Below, piece by piece: positions 48,056 to 56,418 of a stretch of 64,000 nucleotides of DNA; the stretch's first letter is position 1; every line of letters begins with the position of its first letter. The DNA comes from an uncultured Anaerolineales bacterium (GTDB lineage: Bacteria > Chloroflexota > Anaerolineae > Anaerolineales > UBA11858), in NCBI GenBank assembly GCA_964629085.1, contig CAZVPR010000001.1:26517-90516 (forward strand), read 5' to 3'. The position numbers and the translations under genes are program-made. Below the pieces are notes generated by a model. It had not been told where the DNA came from, did no database searches, and saw only the letters and a program-made list of their open reading frames with translations.

Positions 48056-49005
48056 AAGTCACTTACCCGGCCATAATAAATCTGGAATATTTTGTTATAC
48101 AAAAGCATGAGTCCTTTTTTTATTGGAGGCCATTCAAAAAATCGATTGTACTGCAATTTCTCGAATTTTTGGCCATCGCCCAAGATACTCAGAGTATTAC
48201 CCATGTGTGCAACAAGTGGCTCAGCCGTCATTAAGCGTAGGTATCCAGCCTCATTTAACTTTTCATCCAGCCTGCGCACTTGCCCCATGGGTTTGTCCAT
48301 TTCAAATGGCAACAATTCTTGCAAATCACGCTTTTTAGCCAAAAACTGAAAATGTGCCGCTCCAGCAAAAGCGGTAGTTCCTTTATATTGTACTCGCCAA
48401 TCATGACTTTCATGAAACCATTCTTGAGATTGCTCAATGGAAACGCCGCAACTCTGCGTATGTTGATTGAAAACTTCCCAATCCAGGTATTGCCCTTTTT
48501 CTAAAACCGCGGCATCGACGTGTTGGGCCCACTCCAACGTCTTCGAGTAATAGCGTTCTTTGCTGCGCAATGGTCGCGCCGTCACCATGCCAACATTCGG
48601 GAAGGTCTGCAAGATTTCTAAAGATTTCGACAGCCAATCTTTCTGAAAGAAAATATCACCATCGGCATAAGCCAGATACTCTCCAGGGGCAGCGCCAAAA
48701 ATAAAATTCCAGGCCCCGCCTTTTCCCAGGTTTTTCTCGGAGAGCACCAGATATTGAATTTTTCCCTGGGAGTATTGGTCTTGAAGAAAAGAGCGCACCC
48801 CTTCATCACTGCCATTATCAAAGACCATCAAGTCAAAAGGATGGCTGGTATTTTCATGAAGACTGCTGAGACTCGCTTTAAGCACATCCAATCCCTGGGA
48901 ATAATAACCGCTTAAGAAGGGCAGATAGGTGACAATTGCCACCGTCACTTCTTTTGGCTTGGCTACATGGGAAATGGATTTGGCGGGATTCTGTCCAATG
49001 CGCAT
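48052..49005 (-). CDS. GT-A fold (GT2-like) glycosyltransferase, paralog 3 of 3
   Basis: 317 aa. Roughly half of its positions are identical by eye to 43774..44733 (MRIGQNPAKSISHVAKPKEVTVAIVTYLPFLSGYY..., LMVFDNGS, AYADGDIFF). Confidence 0.7.
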   Translation of the reverse strand: MRIGQNPAKSISHVAKPKEVTVAIVTYLPFLSGYYSQGLDVLKASLSSLHENTSHPFDLMVFDNGSDEGVRSFLQDQYSQGKIQYLVLSEKNLGKGGAWNFIFGAAPGEYLAYADGDIFFQKDWLSKSLEILQTFPNVGMVTARPLRSKERYYSKTLEWAQHVDAAVLEKGQYLDWEVFNQHTQSCGVSIEQSQEWFHESHDWRVQYKGTTAFAGAAHFQFLAKKRDLQELLPFEMDKPMGQVRRLDEKLNEAGYLRLMTAEPLVAHMGNTLSILGDGQKFEKLQYNRFFEWPPIKKGLMLLYNKIFQIYYGRVSDL

Positions 49006-49020
49006 GGATTCGTTCCGGGC

Positions 49021-49890
49021 TTATTTCACTGATTTCCAGGCTCGATGAGGGACCAGTTTCAATAACACTCTGCGCCACAACATGCCCAGGCGTCGCTTCA
49101 AGGCGACATTACTCTCAGGCTTGATCTGATAATCCTGCTCCTGCGGTTGAGCCAAGACTGTCAGATAGAGCGGCAGCATATCCGAGCGTGGTTGGCCGTG
49201 TTTCTCCAGGGCGATTACGCGAAAACCCGCCTTCAGGAGCACCAGCTGTAAACTTTGCGCGCTGAAGCTGGTCATGTGCGCAATTTCGAAACTATCATGG
49301 GAATAGAGATTTGGCACCTCGATCAGGAGCCCGCCCAAGGGAGTCAGAACTTCCTGACGCAAATCGGCCAGATACCTCACCGGGTCAGGCATATGCTCCA
49401 ATACATGCGCCATGCTAACCAGATCGAAATCCATTTCACCAGCACCCTTTAAGTCAACGATATCAGCATAAACAGTCAACCCCTGCTTCTGAGCATATTT
49501 CCGATATGCCTCCCCAGGTTCCACACCGATTGCCTCACAATCATACTTTTCTTGAAAACGCTGCAACAGGATTCCTGATGAACTGCCGATATCCAGGTAT
49601 CGTTTTAGTTTAACACTCTGCGTTGAAAGGAAATCCAAGAGGGAATCGGCGCGTCCATTCTGAACAAAGAGATCCTTCTGCGTGGGGCCTTCATCCCCCT
49701 GGTAAACCTGACGATATTCGTTGGCATAGAAGTCATCCAGCTCACCAGCCGTCATGCGCGGGGATTGATAGACCAGGCCGCAATTTCCGCAAATTCGATT
49801 AATTACTTGCTGATCTCGAAACCGGCGCTGATCGAAAAGTTTACTTCTTTCTGAACTACAAAGTGGGCATTGCTTCAATTTTTCTGGCAT
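49021..49890 (-). CDS. Class I SAM-dependent methyltransferase with N-terminal Cys4 zinc ribbon
   Basis: 289 aa. CPLCSS...CGNCGLVYQSP, and motif I YLDIGSSSGILL. Confidence 0.8.
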   Translation of the reverse strand: MPEKLKQCPLCSSERSKLFDQRRFRDQQVINRICGNCGLVYQSPRMTAGELDDFYANEYRQVYQGDEGPTQKDLFVQNGRADSLLDFLSTQSVKLKRYLDIGSSSGILLQRFQEKYDCEAIGVEPGEAYRKYAQKQGLTVYADIVDLKGAGEMDFDLVSMAHVLEHMPDPVRYLADLRQEVLTPLGGLLIEVPNLYSHDSFEIAHMTSFSAQSLQLVLLKAGFRVIALEKHGQPRSDMLPLYLTVLAQPQEQDYQIKPESNVALKRRLGMLWRRVLLKLVPHRAWKSVK

Positions 49891-49905
49891 AAGAGGCTCA
49901 CAAAT

Positions 49906-50793
49906 CTACACAAATTTCTTGCGCAACAATCTCAATCGTCGGGTGATAGCCCAACGAATTCCCTGCTGATCTGGAGAATAAAAAACTCGTTCGAGCCGTC
50001 GGAAAAAACGCGGCAGGGTGAGGCGTGCTCTGCGAACACGCCGATGGCGAATTTCATGGCTGGAATCCAGAACCATGTACATATTTTGCATACCACCACC
50101 GAGGGCGGCGTTGATTTGGGTCTCTTCGAGGTCGTAATGCGCCTGTCCCCCCGGCAGATGACTGTAATCGTGATTCTGATGCACAATCATCAAAGATTGC
50201 GTGGCATCGATGACTGGCCAGCGCTGCTGCAAACCCTGATAGATCATCCAATTGTCCCAGCCGGCGCGACCGATAGCAAAGTCTGGAATATCGGCAAAAA
50301 CTTCTCTGGGGAATATAAAATAATCGCTGCCCGCGGGCGCATGCAGGGTTCCATTGGCCAGCACATAATTTCGCAGGTCGTCGGCCCAATGTGAGGGGAA
50401 TTCCATTGGCTGAGTAACATCCAAATCCCAGCGCCGACCTACGATGAGAAATTTTTCGACCTGTTCGGCGATTTGGCGGGTGACATTGACTATATCAGGC
50501 ATCAACAAGATATCGGCATTGACATATGCCAACAAAGGCGACTGACTGTGCTGACGAGCCAACGAAAAGATTGAGCTAACCAAAGGTGTGCCCCACTCAT
50601 TACAGGCCACATCCGGCAGATGGGAAACGCCAAATTCTTGCGCTGCTTCCGCCATACCCTGCTCATCGCCAACCAACAACACATCTACATCAGTGGACAG
50701 ATGTTGCCAAGACTGAATTGCATTACGCTGAATTGTATTGATATGCGGATCAGTGAAGGGTTTCGGAGCGGTAAAAATCGTCAAATATGTCAT
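49906..50793 (-). CDS. Hypothetical protein, possible GT-A-like nucleotide-sugar transferase
   Basis: 295 aa. MTYLTIFTAPKPFTDPHINTIQRNAIQSWQ..., YVNADILL, and a basic C-terminal tail. The family assignment is not secure. Confidence 0.35.
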   Translation of the reverse strand: MTYLTIFTAPKPFTDPHINTIQRNAIQSWQHLSTDVDVLLVGDEQGMAEAAQEFGVSHLPDVACNEWGTPLVSSIFSLARQHSQSPLLAYVNADILLMPDIVNVTRQIAEQVEKFLIVGRRWDLDVTQPMEFPSHWADDLRNYVLANGTLHAPAGSDYFIFPREVFADIPDFAIGRAGWDNWMIYQGLQQRWPVIDATQSLMIVHQNHDYSHLPGGQAHYDLEETQINAALGGGMQNMYMVLDSSHEIRHRRVRRARLTLPRFFRRLERVFYSPDQQGIRWAITRRLRLLRKKFV

Positions 50794-51620
50794 CGATCGT
50801 CCACATCCAGATGGGTTTTGTGTTCGATTTGGGCGTTTATCGCCATCAACTCTGCATTGTTTTTTACAAGAGCTAGCACATCCAACCAGAAGAAATACTC
50901 ATCGGGTAATTGGGCTATTATTTCCCTGACCAATTCCAAATCCTCGGGAGTATCCACCGTCCAGCGATGGTGGCCTAATTCCTCCGTATGATGAAGCAAC
51001 CCAATATTAAACCCGCGTGGCGATTGGCTTGTTGCCAACGGCACCGAATTGTTTAAGAAGTGCAAATCATCGGCGGGCACATCTTCGTAAAAATAGGGCG
51101 TGACATGCTCTCGTTGGTGAGTTTCTTTGGCTTCCTTCCAGGCTTGTTCAAGGGCTGAGAAAGTGAAGACCTCCGTATCCAATCCGATGGGATAGGTGCG
51201 CCACCAGGGCTGCGGCAAACGATTGGCAATGAAGTGCCATGTGCCGGTTGATAGTTGATGCTTGTCAGTGGTCAGTGTTGTCACTGCTTGATCAACTAAA
51301 TCGGGGTCGATCAGCGGGCAGTCGGCAGTGATGCGTACAACAACGTCTGCTCGATATGTTTTGGCAGCCTGATAGTAGCGGTCCAGCACATCCTGGACGC
51401 TGCCACGAGAAATGGAATATCCTTGAGCTTGGCAGAAATCAGCCACTGCATTATCGCTGGGATCAACGGTAGTGGCTACGACAACCTGGTCGATGCTTTT
51501 GGCCCGCTGCATCCTCTCGACTACCCATTGCAGCATGGGCTTGCCGCCGATGTCCAGGAGCACTTTCCCTGGCAGCCGTGAGGCGCTCATCCGGGCTTGA
51601 ATGATGGCCACAACTTTCAT
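50790..51620 (-). CDS. SpsF-type CTP_transf_3 cytidylyltransferase
   Basis: The track ORF starts at 51704. I prefer ATG 51620 (MKVVAIIQARMSASRLPGKVLLDIGGKPMLQWVVERM), which forms an ATGA overlap with the upstream stop. Confidence 0.75.
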   Translation of the reverse strand: MKVVAIIQARMSASRLPGKVLLDIGGKPMLQWVVERMQRAKSIDQVVVATTVDPSDNAVADFCQAQGYSISRGSVQDVLDRYYQAAKTYRADVVVRITADCPLIDPDLVDQAVTTLTTDKHQLSTGTWHFIANRLPQPWWRTYPIGLDTEVFTFSALEQAWKEAKETHQREHVTPYFYEDVPADDLHFLNNSVPLATSQSPRGFNIGLLHHTEELGHHRWTVDTPEDLELVREIIAQLPDEYFFWLDVLALVKNNAELMAINAQIEHKTHLDVDDR

Positions 51621-52945
51621 GCTTCGGGAGCCTCGCTGGGGATGGGCAGAACTTCTACAAAACCTTTGGCTCGAAACTTTTCGACATATTCGTAAACTAC
51701 CCAATAATCCAACTCAACCAATTCGCCAATCTCGAAAATGGATAAGTTCCCTTCGAAAGACATCATAATCTTTTCAATGGCCCGATTGAGAGCGAAGTTC
51801 TCCCGCCAATCCACCCACAAACCGTGACCGGAAAGAAAGACCGGGCCGCGGAAGGTGCGCTTGGGAATGTAGTTGGTTGCAAATATGCGCACAATTTCTT
51901 CAACCACATCCGCCGCTCCCTGGAGCATATCTTCGTGGATAATGTCAGGATTATCATCAGTGGTGTGGTATTCATCGTAAGGCCAACGATTGATGGAAAT
52001 GCATGGCACATTTACACCAGGGCCATTGATGACACGCTCATCATTAGGGGGGAAGTCGGCGAAATTGCGCTCGACATGCTCAGTTTCGCGCAAAACATGA
52101 GCCGTGATACGGTCCAGCAAGTGGTTATGTTGACGGGAATGATGCCAGGCAATCTCGCTGCGGTTGCCGGTCATCTCGATGAAAATGCCACCCTTCATCT
52201 GTGGGATCAACTCTTCGTGATGCGCCAGATAGACAATCGTCCCCACTGTTTCCGGCCCAAACCAGAAGCGCACACTCATCGAACCGGCCGGCAGCGGATT
52301 CTCGGCCAGGCGCCGGGCAACTTCAATGGCGGTCACGACACCGGCAGCGTCATCATTAGCCTGCATGGGGTGGCACAGATGGGTCGAGATGAGCAGCTCT
52401 CCAGCACCGGGCGCTTCGGAGGCAGATCCATCATCCGCGGGATGCTGAACCCCCACCCCCACCCGAAAACCACCGGATTCAATATCGGTGAGGAATTCAA
52501 CCCGAATGACTGCGCGATATTCACCCTCACGCGGCAATGCATCAAAATCATCCTTTGCCAGGCAAAAACCCCAATTACGATCATAAAAGCGAAAATGCCA
52601 GGGAATCGCCCAGGGACGTTTTTCATCATAGTGCAGATGCGGCTCCAACTCATCCCAGGTGAGCGTTTCATCCACAGGTAACGAATAGGAAACAATATGC
52701 AAGGGATTGTCAGCAAAATCGATCACCCGTTGGCCATCCGGCGCTTCGAGATAGGCTTCATGCACCACATAGCGTTCAGGCACTTCCCAGGTCCAGACCG
52801 GCTTCAACGGAGTGAACGATTCGATTTCATAATTGGTCGACTCAGGCATCTCATCGCCGACAATCTGCAAAGCCTCGTCCATCTCTTTGCAAGCCAGCGT
52901 GCGATGCAATGGATAGATTTTCTCAAGGATTGACTTCAACGTCAT
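51617..52945 (-). CDS. DUF4910-type aminopeptidase-like (M28-fold) protein with C-terminal winged-helix-like tail
   Basis: 442 aa. I recall this architecture from glycan loci, where it is paired with AAC(3)-type acetyltransferases. The metal-ligand-like residues lie in HLCHPMQANDDAAG...GPETVGT...EYHTTDD. The call rests on pattern memory only. Confidence 0.5.
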   Translation of the reverse strand: MTLKSILEKIYPLHRTLACKEMDEALQIVGDEMPESTNYEIESFTPLKPVWTWEVPERYVVHEAYLEAPDGQRVIDFADNPLHIVSYSLPVDETLTWDELEPHLHYDEKRPWAIPWHFRFYDRNWGFCLAKDDFDALPREGEYRAVIRVEFLTDIESGGFRVGVGVQHPADDGSASEAPGAGELLISTHLCHPMQANDDAAGVVTAIEVARRLAENPLPAGSMSVRFWFGPETVGTIVYLAHHEELIPQMKGGIFIEMTGNRSEIAWHHSRQHNHLLDRITAHVLRETEHVERNFADFPPNDERVINGPGVNVPCISINRWPYDEYHTTDDNPDIIHEDMLQGAADVVEEIVRIFATNYIPKRTFRGPVFLSGHGLWVDWRENFALNRAIEKIMMSFEGNLSIFEIGELVELDYWVVYEYVEKFRAKGFVEVLPIPSEAPEA

Positions 52946-52996
52946 CGAATAATCACCAAATCTAATTCCGAATACCGAGTAATAAATACCCGATTT

Positions 52997-53755
52997 TTAC
53001 TTCCCAAAATCAACATAATACAGCAAAAGCGGATCGCGCCGCATTTCGCGCGCCGTGAATTCATAAATATCATTAGCCACCATCAGTTTTACTGCGGCTT
53101 CTCCGATCTGGCGGTGTTTGATCAGGCCCTGCTCTTCAGCAAGATCAGCCATGGGATCGACCATGGTATGAACACCTTTTTCGATATCGCGGACCAACAT
53201 TTGGAAGGTATCTTCATACGAACTGCCATCCTCGTCCGTGACCATCCCGGTGAAATCCTTCAAATAGCGATAATCACATCCTTCGAGTTCCTCGACATGA
53301 TGGAAAAAGGTCATGCTGTCGTTGTAAGCCAGGCCAATGACCATGATCTTGCCATTCAAAATGCGCAATTTTCCAAATAGCGAATCGGCTTCATAACTGC
53401 TCTTATAGCGATCTTTGGTCAAATATTCAGCCTGCTTGCCGATAATCGCAAACGAATAAATGGGGTGGAACACACGCAGGCTGCGAGGATCCTGGCGCAC
53501 CAACTCGGTGATAATGCCCATATGCGAGGGCGTTTCGCGCGCGTCCCAGGGTTCGCCTTTGCAAAAATCGAAATTGAACGTCGGCATAATCAGTGTGCCA
53601 TCCTCACCTAAAACATCCAACAAAGCATCGATCACAGTTTGCGGGCCGCCATCTACACCACCGAAGGATTTATAAGAACTGTGAACCAGCAATACATCGC
53701 CAGCCACAACCCCGTGCGCAGAAAATTCGTCAATTAGATTTTGTTTCGTTAGCAT
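52997..53755 (-). CDS. AAC(3)-family (Antibiotic_NAT) N-acetyltransferase, probably acting on an amino sugar
   Basis: 252 aa. GDVLLVHSSYKSFGGVDGGPQTVIDALLDVLGEDGTLIMPTFNF. Confidence 0.75.
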   Translation of the reverse strand: MLTKQNLIDEFSAHGVVAGDVLLVHSSYKSFGGVDGGPQTVIDALLDVLGEDGTLIMPTFNFDFCKGEPWDARETPSHMGIITELVRQDPRSLRVFHPIYSFAIIGKQAEYLTKDRYKSSYEADSLFGKLRILNGKIMVIGLAYNDSMTFFHHVEELEGCDYRYLKDFTGMVTDEDGSSYEDTFQMLVRDIEKGVHTMVDPMADLAEEQGLIKHRQIGEAAVKLMVANDIYEFTAREMRRDPLLLYYVDFGK

Positions 53756-53784
53756 ACTACACTCCGTAATCTCAAATCAATCTA

Positions 53785-53828
53785 CCAGGGATGAACCGGG
53801 ATCATCGGGGATTCTACATTTATCCCTG
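53785..53828. repeat. Word-repeat hairpin (GGGAT-word type)
   Basis: The direct words are ccagggat (53785-92), ccgggat (53796-802) and cggggat (53806-12). The inverted copy atccctg follows at 53822-28. Confidence 0.6.
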
Positions 53829-53851
53829 TTTGTCACTGGTGAATCAAATTC

Positions 53852-54082
53852 CTAATTTCGCTTCTTGCCCGAATAAACAAACCCCTTTTTGATCATCTTG
53901 ATATGCTGGCCCTTATCGATGCCGATCAAGTTGCCGCAGGTGCAAGCCAGCTTATCACCGACAATGTTGTACTCGTACTCGCGTTCAATGCGCGATTTAT
54001 AACAACGCAGCACTTCACCCTTGCCAATTTTTTCGTATTTCCAGAGTTTGCGTTTGCAAGCCGCACACTTGATTGTGAGCAT
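53852..54082 (-). CDS. Small Lys-rich zinc-ribbon protein
   Basis: 76 aa. The CAAC...C and CTC pairs (MLTIKCAACKRKLWKY...LRCYKS...LACTCGNL) suggest metal binding. The ORF sits between two structured gaps. Confidence 0.45.
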   Translation of the reverse strand: MLTIKCAACKRKLWKYEKIGKGEVLRCYKSRIEREYEYNIVGDKLACTCGNLIGIDKGQHIKMIKKGFVYSGKKRN

Positions 54083-54095
54083 AGGTAAGGCGGGA

Positions 54096-54150
54096 GACAG
54101 AAGACGGATGACGGGAATTTCGCTCGGTCCCCGGTCATCGGTCTTCTGTC
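54096..54150. repeat. Long near-perfect hairpin (about 20-bp stem) spanning the stop codon of the upstream methyltransferase gene
   Basis: gacagaagacggatgacggg (54096-54115) matches the reverse complement of cccggtcatcggtcttctgtc (54130-54150) with only one mismatch (g/c). The loop is about 14 nt. No U-run follows on either strand. Confidence 0.75.
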
Positions 54151-54985
54151 ATTTTATAGCCAACACACCAAAAGCACCCGGTTTGGGTATAACGCCAGAA
54201 AAGCCAGCCTTCTTCAAGCGACTGACAACGCCCTGAGTCACTCGTGAGCCCGATTTACTTTCAGGGTTGCCAATGTAGTGAAACATGTGTCCATTGGGTT
54301 TCAACACCCGGAATGCTTGCTGATAGAAAGCCTGCGAATATAAATCCCCAGCCAGGCTGAACATGGGGGGATCATGAATGATGGCGTTGAAACGCTGATC
54401 TTCAAATATCTCGATTTCGTCGTAGCTATCCCCAATAACTTGATTTATTTTATCGTTTTCGAATAAAGCTTGTGACCAGGGGTTGCTGCGTGCGATAGTT
54501 TGTGCGGCAGGGTCTAATTCAATGGTAGTCACCTTATCCGCTGTTTTTGCAGCCAAAATTGCCGTATACCCCAGGCCAGTGGTTGTATCCAAAACATGCC
54601 CGAACGCTCGCCCCAAAGCTTTGAGCTTACTATGCGTATCTCGCCAGGGGTCCGTACCTTTGATGCGGTGCATGGGGATGCCCGAAACCAACATCGTGGG
54701 GGCCGACTCAGTCGGATACAAACTGTACATACGCTCGAAACTATCAGAATAGGTCTGAATGGCTTCGATTTCTCCCCCTTCAAGACGGTAACAGCTATTC
54801 TCACTTTCTGAGATTTCAGCAATTGACGCCCAATCTACCCTCCCTCCATTCGCAAAACTGACCCCCTCACCGTCAAGTTCAACCTGGACTTTTGAAACCT
54901 CCAAGTCGGTCGAAATTTCGACAGTTGTACTCTTGCCCCTGTTCTGAAGCAATTCTTTTGCCTGGAAATGAGATAGGACAATCAT
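54149..54985 (-). CDS. Class I SAM-dependent methyltransferase with DPPxF motif
   Basis: 278 aa. Motif I is [16 protein letters not shown]. Motif IV is [12 protein letters not shown] (N- or O-methyltransferase type). Confidence 0.7.
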   Translation of the reverse strand: MIVLSHFQAKELLQNRGKSTTVEISTDLEVSKVQVELDGEGVSFANGGRVDWASIAEISESENSCYRLEGGEIEAIQTYSDSFERMYSLYPTESAPTMLVSGIPMHRIKGTDPWRDTHSKLKALGRAFGHVLDTTTGLGYTAILAAKTADKVTTIELDPAAQTIARSNPWSQALFENDKINQVIGDSYDEIEIFEDQRFNAIIHDPPMFSLAGDLYSQAFYQQAFRVLKPNGHMFHYIGNPESKSGSRVTQGVVSRLKKAGFSGVIPKPGAFGVLAIK

Positions 54986-56097
54986 CAGGATAATGCCAGG
55001 CGATAAGCGTCGAAAAGTTTTGGAAAATTATTTTCCCAGTTTGCGCGTGCTTCAGCTAATTGACGCGCGGCTACGCCCATGGCGGACAACTGTTCCCGTT
55101 GATCCAGTGCCCGAAGGATGCCTTCCCGTAGAGCATCTACATCGCCATCATTGAACAGCCAGCCCACTTCGCCCGGCTGTGTGACCCACTCTTGGTTACC
55201 AGGAATATCCGTCAACAAGACTGGTTTGCCGCTGGCCAGGGCCTCCAGGAGAGAAATGGAGGTGCCGTCGCTGTGGGAAGTGCTAATGTAAAGATCGGCA
55301 GCGCGGTAATAATTGGGCAAATCGTTCTGATTGATCAACCCTGGGAAATGGACCTGATCCTGCACTCTTGCATTGATGAATATTCTGCGTATTTTCGGAG
55401 CCAGGGGGCCATTCCCCAACATTAACAAGCGTAACTCGGGGTGCTGTTGTGCAACCTGAGCAAACGCCTTGGCTAAATCCTCGACGCCATAGATCGGTGC
55501 CCAGCCTCGGGTGGAAAGTAAAACAAAAATATCTTCACCCCACCCCAAACGTCGACGCAAACTGCTATCTTCACCGGGAGAATACTTATCGATATTCGCC
55601 CCCCAAGGAAAAGTGACGATTCGGTCCGGGTTCATGCCATAATCGATGCTTAGATTCCGAATTGTATTACAGTCCCCCAACAAGGCATCGCTGCGCCGTA
55701 ATGTGAATTTTGTTGCCCAGACCCACCACTTATTTTTGTATACATCCATGAGCAGATCATAGCCCCAAGACATGCTCAAAAGCGGGTGAAAACCGGTCAA
55801 TGCTGCTAAAAATGCTGAACGTTGAATCGGCCCTGCCTGGATCAAATCAGGCGAAAACTCACGGATTACTTTCTTCAATCCTGCCAAAAGCTTCAATCCA
55901 TCCTGAAACCTGGCTTCGGATTTTCCACCCACCCAGGGAATAATTTCAATTTCGGGCGGCAGCGGACGGTCATCCAAATCCTGACCGCGTTTCTCCAAAC
56001 GCAAGTACCCCACCTGGTGCTCGGTCTGTGCTAAAGCCGACAGGAAGCGGTGGTCGTGGGTGGTGTAATCGCGAGAGAAGTACAAAATGCGGGTCAT
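54985..56097 (-). CDS. GT4-family (GT-B) glycosyltransferase
   Basis: 370 aa. [32 protein letters not shown]. Confidence 0.85.
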   Translation of the reverse strand: MTRILYFSRDYTTHDHRFLSALAQTEHQVGYLRLEKRGQDLDDRPLPPEIEIIPWVGGKSEARFQDGLKLLAGLKKVIREFSPDLIQAGPIQRSAFLAALTGFHPLLSMSWGYDLLMDVYKNKWWVWATKFTLRRSDALLGDCNTIRNLSIDYGMNPDRIVTFPWGANIDKYSPGEDSSLRRRLGWGEDIFVLLSTRGWAPIYGVEDLAKAFAQVAQQHPELRLLMLGNGPLAPKIRRIFINARVQDQVHFPGLINQNDLPNYYRAADLYISTSHSDGTSISLLEALASGKPVLLTDIPGNQEWVTQPGEVGWLFNDGDVDALREGILRALDQREQLSAMGVAARQLAEARANWENNFPKLFDAYRLALS

Positions 56098-56103
56098 CTA
56101 TAT

Positions 56104-56408
56104 AGTGCGGAGTGCGAAGTACTGTGTGTGAAGATCAACTCTTTTTTAGTGATTTTTTAAAGGCGCTGACCATGGCTTTGACTTAATTAGCCTGGTTGTA
56201 ATTGCTTTCAAAGGTTCTTCTTCGATATATCCAACATCAAAAATTGCATAAAGCAGTGATTGAACTTCAACGGCAGAACGACGAGAAAAGCCCAAAAACC
56301 TGGCAAACTCGGGTTTGGATTAACAATCGAAACCTTCAACGCCATTCATCCACCTGAAACCTGACACTTGCTTCTAGATACCCGCAACCACCCCGCACAT
56401 CGCACTTC
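56104..56408. repeat. Inverted GTGCG-word arms enclosing the four-helix-bundle gene remnant
   Basis: The + strand has agtgcggagtgcgaagtac (56104-56122) and ccgcacatcgcacttc (56393-56408). That is two GTGCG words on one side and two CGCAC words on the other. The interior also carries cacctgaaacctgacac (56351-56367), which shares a 12-mer with the reverse complement of the 25624-25655 array. Confidence 0.6.
56146..56319 (-). pseudogene. C-terminal fragment of a four-helix-bundle protein (23S rRNA intervening-sequence protein family)
   Basis: My minus-strand translation is SKPEFARFLGFSRRSAVEVQSLLYAIFDVGYIEEEPLKAITTRLIKSKPWSAPLKNH*. An in-frame TAA lies immediately upstream and there is no start codon. 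The pattern EF.RFL..S..S..E..S.L..A.D.GYI matches my recollection of the family's C-terminal half. Confidence 0.55.
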
Positions 56409-56418
56409 TCACATTGTT

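Noticed and set aside
51621-51704. N-terminal 28-codon extension of the SpsF-type cytidylyltransferase (track start 51704)
   Set aside because: It overlaps the upstream gene. The family motif MKVVAIIQARMSASRLPGK begins at the ATG at 51620, which is ATGA-coupled to the upstream stop.
51824-52681. 285-aa plus-strand ORF
   Set aside because: It lies entirely antisense to the well-supported DUF4910 gene (51617..52945). The translation is Arg/Gly/His-rich with no motifs and no RBS, so it is a typical shadow ORF.
52997-53755. AAC(3) gene as an aminoglycoside-resistance determinant
   Set aside because: Its context argues for sugar N-acetylation: it is coupled to DUF4910, a cytidylyltransferase, NeuB and GT genes inside a biosynthetic operon. 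There is no mobile-element context. Resistance cannot be excluded without an assay.
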